A DNA stretch of 64,000 nucleotides from Tubiluchus corallicola (lineage: Eukaryota > Animalia > Priapulida): NCBI GenBank assembly GCA_030141605.1, contig JAQGDQ010000003.1:1736001-1800000 (forward strand). The letters are read 5' to 3'. Position numbers and translations under genes: made by a program. This document shows positions 55,025-64,000 of this stretch, in pieces; the first letter of the stretch is position 1; each line of letters starts with the position of its first letter. Below the pieces are notes generated by a model. That model searched no databases. It saw nothing but the letters and a program-made list of their open reading frames with translations, and had not been told where the DNA came from.

Positions 55025-56129
55025 GTACGTATTGTGCTTTGCATTTAATTTTGCACGATTTTTGATGAAATACTTTGTTGGAACTTATATTCAGTCACAT
55101 TAGGTTAGTATTTTTGAATTTTAAGTAGGTTAACTTGTGAGTAATATTTACTTCTTATGCATGAAGAGTACTTTCTTTTTCAACTCTTAAGTCAACAAAA
55201 GTCAAATGCACGATGCCTACAATGTACAACTTAATTTTTCCCCTGCATATTTGAGTTTTGACTTTGTGACTTTGTGTTATGCTGAACTTTGTTGGTGTGT
55301 TACAATGATATTTAGATCTGTCATTATATAACCGAAGTTAATATATATCAATATGAATTACTTTCTTTTTTATGACAGAAGTTAATACATATTAATATGC
55401 ATATATTTGACTTTTTGGCACAATATTGCATAAATTTATTATTAAAGAAATATATATATATATATACAGTCCCAGACTATATTTAATTAAAAATTAGCAT
55501 ATAGTCAAAAGATTATTTCAAATTTCAAATTTGTCCATTCAGAATAATAGAAATGCAAGAATGACCTTGCAGTCTAAATATTTATTTTTACCTTTTTAAT
55601 TAAATACAAATTCTCTTGCTTCATTCTTTCAATGTGATTCAGAAATCTAATAAGAATAGTTTGGGCTTACTCCATCACTCACGGGATTTATATCTTAGCT
55701 AAAGCCTAGTGCACGAGGAGGGTAGAATACAAGAAATTCTGAATTATTTTATAGTGGTTTTGTGTTTACCTACTGAAACGTGCTCACAGACGGTATGCTT
55801 CCTGCAAATGAAAAACAAAACGCATGCTAAACAGAACCATAACTATGTCGTGATTTGTTTTTGATCGATGGTTAGCTGTCTTGTGTTTTGTGAAACAGCT
55901 ATTGTGCAGTTGTACACTGGCATGCAAAACAATTTGTTTTGTTTCATGAATCTAGCCATGCTTGTTTTGTAAAATGTTTTTGTTTTTTTCTCTTACACAC
56001 TGATGTCAAATTTTTTGTTTTCTGTTTACTGTCCCTTTTGTGTTTTCCCTATTCGTGCATATTGGGCTTAAGACTTACTTGCTTCTTAGGTGTGGTGCTA
56101 TCGTTAACCACAGATTTATTGTATTGCAG

Positions 56130-56250
56130 GAAAGAGTTTTCAACACCGAGATTAGAGCGTCAAATACGAGAGAAGCAACTGGAGACTAAAAATATGGGTC
56201 TAAACAGAACCCAGCCTACACTTCGCTCAAAATCTGCACCTAAATTACAG
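56130..56250 (+). CDS. LRRC27: LRRC27-like exon
   Basis: attgcag|(G)KEFSTPRLERQIREKQLETKNMGLNRTQPTLRSKSAPKLQ|gtacaa. Confidence 0.6.
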
Positions 56251-57417
56251 GTACAAAACAATAAAGATGGAAAAAATTTCATACTGAGATCTAGGTACCC
56301 AGATTTACATTGTTATCAATGTATAAAAAAAGCATTTTAGTAATGTTTTTAGTCGTGGTCTATTTAAACTACATTTTGTTTATTGTATACGTTTACTAAT
56401 CAATTTCAAGCAGTTTGAAATTACTGACAGCTTTAGAGATGTACTATTGATTTTTTATATGTCCCTGTCAAAAAATTTTATGGAGTTCAGACAGATTAAA
56501 GGTATCGCCAACTATATGACATCCTTTTACTACCAATTAAAATAAAAAATTGCCCATTTATTTTTGTTAAAATGTTAAAATCAAGCACTGTTAAGTTAAA
56601 TTGAGTACATGTATATGTATAATTAGGCTGAGGTAAAGATCTACTAGTTGACCGTTTAGTGCTTCCAACATTTTTCCATATTTGCATTAGCACATCTCAA
56701 TTTGCTAAAGTTTATGTCATATTTATTGCTTTCCTACGTTTCTAAATTTTTGATGGCCACAATGTTTGATATGTGGCATAGCGGTTTAACTCTAGATACT
56801 GTGTCAACATGTTTTTTCTATACAATTTGGCAATCAATGATGATCATGAAAAGCTCAAAGCTCAAAGGTTATTTGTACTTATGCAGCATTAACAATGAGT
56901 TTGTGTACATTAGCAATGCCATGCTTTTACTATTGTCATGTTTCAACTTCAAGTGATGTTTATTTACACTATCTGACTGCTATAGCCCTTTAAATAGATT
57001 TAGATCAGAGTACTATGTTACATGTAGCATATATTAGTTTCATTGGTAAATATATTTGCAGGCATTTGCCCGTTTTTTTTGCAAAACTCATACCTCTTAT
57101 TTCTAGGAAGCGAGAATATGCCGGGGGTGTTGCTGGTAATGGTAATGGGGCTATTTAGAATTTGCAAGAGAGCCATAGTTTCCTGCAATAGACTTTTCCC
57201 GGATTTTGTGGAAAAATGTACAAAAAGCCTTCAGAAAAAATTAATTTCTGCAACTGTTCGGGCATGTTGTAAAAAATAAGCACACTTTTAGAAAGAGGAT
57301 AAGTGGTCTACGAGGTATGAAGGTTTCATAGGAGAGATGTCCATGTGTTTCAGAAATTATGCAGCTGTTTCAGGCATACTCATCACCCAACAATATAGTG
57401 TGTTATAGATTGTAGAA

Positions 57418-57975
57418 GATTAGATTAGGTAAGATTAGATTTATTCATTCCAAATGTACAGTTGCACATACACAATAAAATCTTATAAATAAATATGATT
57501 AGCTAATGTTTTAGGAAAGGAGAAAGCCACCAGGCATGAATGCACTTATGGTGACCCACATTAATTAGTTATTTCTATTAAATTTACAAAAAAGAATTAA
57601 AATCAAACATAAGTAGTTTAAATGAAAAGAAATGTAAGCTGTTAGCAATAATAATTTCTGAAGGTAAACTGTTCCACATATCAATCACCCTGTTCGCAAA
57701 AGAGTATTTAAAAGCATCAATACGACAATAATTTTTGTACGACTTATAACCATGGCCCCTTAATCAGAGACTAGGTGCGTAGGTACAAAAAATCATCACA
57801 ACTTAGATCTATAAGTGCATGGCAAATTTTGTACACCATTTTCATATCAAAAATAAAATTTCTAGTTTCAAGAGCCTGTAGTTTCAAATGGTCTAGTCTT
57901 CTAAAATAGTTAACATAAGTTAACCCATATTTTGCATATAACTGCTTTGTAACATATCTTTGTACTCGCCTAAGA
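57418..57975 (-). mobile_element. CR1-like LINE 3' fragment
   Basis: LRRVQRYVTK...Y..RL..LKLQALETR...DMKMVYKI and RGHGYK...FANRVIDMWNSLP; tail AATAAATCTAATC. Confidence 0.8.
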
Positions 57976-58194
57976 TAACCAGATAACTCGCTATCAGATA
58001 ACAAGTAAGTTATCTGGTAGCTTGTTATCGTCTGAGAAGCAGTAAGCAAAAATTATGTAGAATGTACGTGCATTATTGATTATTGGTAGATATGTCTAAT
58101 AGCATTTTGTCATAGCACACAGTTTCAACTTTATGCAAGATGTTTTACATTATGTCGCTATGCTGTTGTATTGTTGAGTTGAGTGTTGCTGGTA

Positions 58195-58325
58195 TCATAT
58201 TGTCATTGTCGTCATCATCATCATCATCGTCATTGTCAACATCATCACAGCATGTTGTGGAGTGGCATGGTATAGTCTGTATGGTGAGTGTAGTTGGTGG
58301 GTTGTTGTTGTTCTTGTTGGGTGAT
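58195..58325. repeat. Low-complexity (TCA/TCG)n and (TTG)n
   Basis: Direct reading. Confidence 0.7.
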
Positions 58326-59177
58326 GTAGTCTAATGTGGTGTGGGTTTATGTGCAAAATTACACGACTAGTTTACATTAATTTTAGTCAAACATATTAAT
58401 TCAGCTGTCAGCTTACCTGATATGACTTTTATTGAATTTGCTATTTCCAAGTGTAATAACATGATTATAGACAAGTGAGAGTACCAGACTATCAGGTAGT
58501 TGAGGTTGGGTGGGTACCAGCTTAAAAGTACAAGTAATCTTTGATCTACTGCAATTGTGCATGTGTTAAAGAAACTCTAAAAAGACTTATTGTGACTCAA
58601 CAATAGCACTTACTGCTGTTGTTGAATACATATGGCTGGAACCTAGCTGATTATCAAGGGTAAAGCTCTTCTCTTGGTCTCTTTGATGACACTCTGATCT
58701 GGCAGAGTTGCCTTAGCCTCATGAAGGCAGGAACATTCCTAATACAATTAGGCTTGGCTGTACTTAACCTCAGGGCCAGACACAGTTTGTAGCCATTTGC
58801 GTATGTGCACTCATTTGATAAATGGCCAAAATTTGAAAATGGGTAGTCTGGTGATTGTTGTTTCTTAGTTCACTGTAATATGTCAGGTGAAAGCTAATTA
58901 CTGAAAGACTTTGTTAACAGATTTCATTTCAAAGTTGCAGTGTCTCAAAATTGCTCAGTATCAGTCAATAAACTATATGCTGTAAGCTAGTGGTTACTTC
59001 AAAATTACAATGCCTTATCTTTAACAGCACACACTGCAGTCCTTCACTGTATAGAACTGAACTAGAATTGTTATATACAAGTGCTTTAAACGTATTCTTT
59101 TTTTCACTTTTCTACTCTCTGTGCCATAACTTATATATTTTTGTTGGTTCTTCTGAAAGCTGCTTATTCTTTCTTAG

Positions 59178-59198
59178 AAAAGGCAGTTGACCAGATGA
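59178..59198 (+). CDS. Possible terminal coding exon of the LRRC27-like gene (KRQLTR*)
   Basis: Strong acceptor ttctttcttag; phase 0 gives a short peptide and TGA. No homology support. Confidence 0.3.
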   Translation, partial: KRQLTR

Positions 59199-62172
59199 AG
59201 ACTTTTTTTAGAGATGTGGTCTTGAAGATTGCTTGCAATGTTTTGATTTCTAAGTAAGTTTTTTTAATTAATTAGTATTGATAATGTATTGTAAGCTATA
59301 ATGTGCCAGTGGCTCATATTATCATTGCTAACTACTAATAAACATTCTTGCAGTGATTTTTATCAGCTATGATGTTTCTTATAAAATAAACTTGCACTTC
59401 ATTTCACTTGAAATCACGTGCCTGATGCTGTTTTATTGAAATGTATCTTTTGTAACCAAATGACATTGTTTTTTTTTGCTAAATGCAAATAAATGCTTTG
59501 GTTTTATTCCATTTCAATAAAATCATCAGGTAATGCTTTAAATCAAGTCATGTTGCATAGTGAAATTTCCTGGAAAATTTAGCAAAGGCCTGCAAAACCT
59601 ACAAGTAGAAGAAACAGAAAAAAATGTGTAAGTTGTCAAGGGTTTGATTTGTCGTCCAGTCATTTCCAAAACCCTTTGGTCACAGTTCAGCCATATTAGC
59701 CTCTTGTACTTTGTAGTGTGTACCCAGCACATGCCACGAATGAATCACATGATTGATTACAACTTGTATTAGATGAAATAACGTTTAGCAAGATTTTATG
59801 CACTATTCAATCACTGACAAGTTTTTTATGCTTTAAGCTTAAAAGCAAAATGTGGCATTAACAACTTAATGCGGAATTTAGATAATATCACAATAATTTT
59901 AGGAATACGATAAGCTCATACTTAATAACACTCACATTAGTCTTCTCTAAAACACCCTTATTTTCTAATAGAACAGGTGTTCATAGTTCATCAGCATTAA
60001 GTCAATAAAACTAGTTTTGTTTTGAAATGCTATTCTGTTGCACAAATTTTTCGGGTGGACCTGAAACAAGCAGGAGGCTGTGAGACATGCACGAAATGCG
60101 ATTTCAGTAAAAATTTTGCACTAATTGGACCTAAAATCGGAATGAACCTGCAGGAGGATAATGTCCATAGTCAGGCAAATTTTCAAGTTTTAACTGTACT
60201 TCTTTTTGGCAGTTATAGTGTGGCACTACAACCAAGCAACGGCATACAATGAAGAGAGTTAAAATGTTGCTTGCCCACTCTCTGATAAGGTTAAAAGCTA
60301 CAGTAACATGTTTCTTCTAGTGAACATCAATATTCACTTAGAATAAGGTATGCCCAATTTCTTTCTTTCAGATGTTTGGCAGGATAATGCAATAGAGCCT
60401 AATCCATACTGACATGATACAAGTTCACCATTTTTATGAACTACATCACTTATCACATAGTTACAGTTAATTAAAACTTGTATTGATTTTTTTTCACCAA
60501 AATTGGTGAATAATAGATGAAATAAAACATTGTTACTTATTTAAATATTTATTAGTACATTAATACAAGTCAAATTAGCACTTTACACAAATTACTTTGC
60601 ACAGCTGTAACACACTGCATTAGTTCTGATATTTATTGGGTTAGTCAGTACAATTTAAATAAATAGCACTTTCTTTACTTTTAAACTGCTATAAAATTTA
60701 TGCTGACTTATACAATTATAATCTCCATTTCAAACAAACACATCTTGCTTATTTGGTTAAAGAAAATCTTTTTGTCGTTCAAAAGACCTTATTATAGAAT
60801 CGATTTCCCATATTTACTTTTATAAATTTAACAGGTAACTAATATAAAAAAAAGATTACGAAACAAATCACATATTATTTCAACAATTTTGATGTTAATG
60901 AAAATTTAAAATCATGTGACACATTGGCAAAACGTGCCAAAATTACCAAAATTTTTCTTACTGGCTAAAATATGTCACTTTCGAAAAGGAAACATAGTCT
61001 GACTTTTGAAGTGACACATTTGAAAAAAGTATGTTATAAATGAATGCAAAATACAATTTTTGTTCATTAACATTTACATTCATTTATTTTGAGGCTGAAA
61101 CCAAATGGCAACATTTATGAACAATGTCAATGTTGCTGTATTGTGCAAATGACCTTAGCTTGCACCACCATTTTTACTAGCCAATCTTAAATTACACAGG
61201 ACTATCAAATTTTGAATTAGCTGCATAATGTTTGGCACAACTTTGTGAACAAACAGTTTAACAGAATCATACCAAAATGCTGCTTCTGATGTAACACAAT
61301 GCCAGCTGTGTCACAATCTTATTAATGGCTTTTATTAACCACATTTGAAACCAGAAGTAACCAGTTACACCATCTAAATTCACGTACAACAGGCACGTCA
61401 TAGTCATTTTGACAATATAATTATGTACATCACAAATTATACACATGAAAGTCGGTTACAGTTAATTAGTACAGTCTCAACAGATCAAAATTGAGAATTG
61501 TTGCACAAATTACATATCACACCATTGAATTACTTGCAACAAAGCAGTTTTAAAATCTATCTTACATGAAAATGCTGAAACAAGATCCAATTCTATACAC
61601 GCCTATTACCAGGTGACTCGGTGCAATGCGTTTTATTCAGTTTTATAATAACAAAACTAACCACACGTTAAAATTGACAATCAATGCAATGTGATATAAT
61701 ACTAACTCAGCTATATAACTAACTATGTAACTCAGCTATAAATATAGCCAGAACAAAAAATAAATTGCAAACTCGTGTATTAATTTTTTCAATAAGCCTC
61801 AGAATTTCTTGAATGACTACATTTAAATGCTTAATATGAATAAGGCATAGGTTAATGCCCACTATTTAGTTTACTATATCATGAAAGCGAAAGAGACAGA
61901 AAAAAGAATAATACACTAGCATGAAACTGAAATGCTTTGTTTCATTATCAGTTAAAGATATTACTTTTACTGTCTGTCACTGAAAACAAAACCTATATAA
62001 CTCCAATTCCCAGCAGCATAATTGGAGATAGCTAGTACTAATCAGAATCATCAGACCATGTGAAATTAGACAATTCTGAGTTAATTACATATTTCCTTTG
62101 TGCAACAAGGTTTAGCTTGTTCAGAAAAATAGAAAGTACAAACATGTATTTGGTGCATAGACACAGCAAATA

Positions 62173-62754
62173 TCAGCTGGAGTTAGGCCAGTTTTGAAAG
62201 TAAGCAGAATATCCCGCCAAAGCATTGAGCAAAAGCGAATCGTCCGGAAACATTTGCTCAGAATAGGGTTGCGCTGTTGCCGGACTCTGCAACAAATCTC
62301 TATATCGTGCTTGAGCGGAATTGAGATATGTGGAAGCTGAAGAGCAATATTCACTTTGTGGAACTTCTGCTAGTAACGCATTCTGCAGAATCGAATCACC
62401 ATCCCTGTCTAGTCTTGGGTGTGAATTATTTGCTACTGTTTCCCTGTAATCATCTGCTAAAGTGCCATAAAATGACGATACAAACTGATTATTCCTGCGA
62501 TGCTGTGTATCATACTGCGAGTTACTTTGTCCAGCTAGAGCACGTCGGAGATTGATCCTCTGCTGAGCCTGGTTCTGGTAGTATGCACCGTACTGACTAG
62601 TAAAATCAAACGCAGGACTGGTGAGCCCGGATAATGAGCCAGAAAGAGCGCTGAAGAGAAAAGAGTTAGGATCAGATGCCTCCGTTTTCACGTTCAGCCG
62701 TTGATCGACAGCCGTGTGTACACTGCTGGGTTGGACAGCACGGCTTGCACCTAG
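62173..62754 (-). CDS. Putative stop-codon readthrough extension of PIAS (193 codons plus TGA)
   Basis: Open frame directly in phase after TGA-CTAG; visibly more GC-rich than the 3' UTR below 62170. Confidence 0.7.
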   Translation of the reverse strand, partial: LGASRAVQPSSVHTAVDQRLNVKTEASDPNSFLFSALSGSLSGLTSPAFDFTSQYGAYYQNQAQQRINLRRALAGQSNSQYDTQHRRNNQFVSSFYGTLADDYRETVANNSHPRLDRDGDSILQNALLAEVPQSEYCSSASTYLNSAQARYRDLLQSPATAQPYSEQMFPDDSLLLNALAGYSAYFQNWPNSS

Positions 62755-62757
62755 TCA
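62710..62757 (-). promoter_or_regulatory. Readthrough signal: UGA-CUAG plus 3' stem-loop
   Basis: TGA CTAG GTGCA AGCCGTG...CACGGCT; arms at 62745-62739 and 62716-62710. Confidence 0.65.
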
Positions 62758-62904
62758 GTCCAAAGATATGCAGTCCTCAGGGGAGCTAGCCTGCTGGTTG
62801 TTAAATGTGGAGTGAATCACCTCTGGTGTAGAACTTGCTGTACGGAAGGCACCATTGTTAGTAGGAGGGCTGTAGGATCTCTCTGGCATCATAGTTAGAC
62901 CCAG
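62755..62904 (-). CDS. PIAS: PIAS-family SUMO E3 ligase, last coding exon to the canonical stop
   Basis: tttttag|LGLTMMPERSYSPPTNNGAFRTASSTPEVIHSTFNNQQASSPEDCISLD*; the end matches the PIAS1/2/3 C-terminal SIM (DIISLD*). Confidence 0.8.
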   Translation of the reverse strand: MGLTMMPERSYSPPTNNGAFRTASSTPEVIHSTFNNQQASSPEDCISLD

Positions 62905-63325
62905 CTAAAAATAAAATTGTGTCAGTTCAGAACCATAACTATGTTAGTTTTCTATACAACATTAGTTTATAGACATACACAAAATATGCCAATTTACTAA
63001 AAATGCTATGGAGCTTCATAACAGAGAAAACTTGTGACAAATTCGTGGTTACAATAATAAATACATTAATTGAAATTTGCCTTGGTACAGGTTTAACATT
63101 TGTGATAGTACAAAACAGAAAATATTATCATGTTTTATACCTTCACACTGCAGTTATACGGCAAAAGTATGTTTGCATTTTTAGCAACAGTAACTTACTA
63201 ACTATAAGGAAATACTTATTCCTAGAACATGTTCCAAGCTCATATTTAGTTGTATGTATATAACAAAATGTTTCATGTGAACAGTTCTAGTTATGCAAAA
63301 GACGGACGTATACAAGTCAACTTAC

Positions 63326-63369
63326 TTGTCTTGCCTGTTCTTGCTGTAACATGCTGAACAAATCGTATC
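63326..63369 (-). CDS. PIAS: PIAS-family SUMO E3 ligase, penultimate coding exon
   Basis: tatttag|(G)YDLFSMLQQEQARQ|gtaagt; matches the recalled PIAS3 segment GLDLFSFLQTESQ. Confidence 0.75.
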
Positions 63370-64000
63370 CTAAATACAAAAGGCACAGTAATCAACAGCA
63401 TGTAAAAATCAATGATGTTGCACGATGTACAATCGTGCACATGTAACAAGATGTCTGGTAGATACATGCTCAAAAAATTGGGGTACTAGGGACTATTAGG
63501 TATGGGCAGCTGTAACCTTCTTAGAAATAGCAATAATCTCTTACCTATTCATGGATACTTTGGACAAAATTGCCAGTATTTCACATTTTCTAAGGAAACA
63601 GTGTGTTATGTTTATTATAGTTTTTCACTTGCACATCAGAATACGTTTTCGAAAACTAATGGTGCGAGTTGGTTTGGCATGCACATAAAAGCAATGTTAG
63701 GATGCAATGGTAATCAACTCAAGCACAAAGGCAAATGTGAATTTCACTACGGTTTAATGTAAAAATATATTAAACAAGTCTTGCTTTTCTTACTAGTGCA
63801 ATTTAAATGGCTGATTTGGCATTCAAAGTTGGTACAACTTACATCAGGAGGGCATGCTAAGCTGATAACTAAATCAGTGAAATAGTATTAAAAGCACAAA
63901 TTACTAAACTGTTGCTCACTTGTTAACCACAAGGTGCACTCATAAATTAGCAGATCGAAGTAGTGAATGAAAAAGTAATAATATTTACTCATCAAACTTT

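Noticed and set aside
62173-62691. Independent 172-aa gene as given in the ORF track
   Set aside because: It starts at GTG with no early ATG and is simply the in-frame continuation of the PIAS last exon.
62755-62757. In-frame TGA as selenocysteine
   Set aside because: It sits exactly where PIAS homologues terminate, is not at a Cys-equivalent position, and has the CUAG readthrough context. I recognised no SECIS by eye, but did not formally exclude one.
62751-62820. Intron GTGATT...CTAG removing the stop
   Set aside because: 70 nt is not a multiple of 3; splicing would shift out of the long frame and terminate within about 20 codons.
63545-63868. Candidate small PIAS exons 63545-63589 and 63843-63868
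   Set aside because: They have plausible splice sites but contain stops in the phase needed to join the GYDLFSMLQ exon.

Overview
AT-rich, intron-containing animal (probably invertebrate) genomic DNA; most ORFs in the supplied track are spurious. Three spliced genes are supported. (1) An STK32/YANK Ser/Thr kinase on the minus strand, with 7 phase-consistent exons (43442->1281); its 3' end lies beyond the window start. (2) An LRRC27-like leucine-rich-repeat gene on the plus strand, head-to-head with STK32 (47602->~56250, 3' end uncertain). (3) The last two coding exons of a PIAS-family SUMO E3 ligase on the minus strand at the window end. The main observation is in PIAS: the canonical stop after the family C-terminal motif (...DCISLD*) reads UGA-CUAG, is followed 9 nt later by a stem-loop, and the frame stays open for 193 more codons. 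This looks like programmed stop-codon readthrough giving a ~194-aa extension with a SUMO consensus site (VKTE) and a repeated helical motif. Introns carry a nearly full-length decayed LINE inside a (GA)n microsatellite, a hAT-like element with an 8-bp TSD, a TTAA-TSD element nested in an old RT, other LINE/SINE remnants, a 54-bp perfect palindrome and microsatellites. Gene identities rest on recalled similarity to human proteins, not on database searches.
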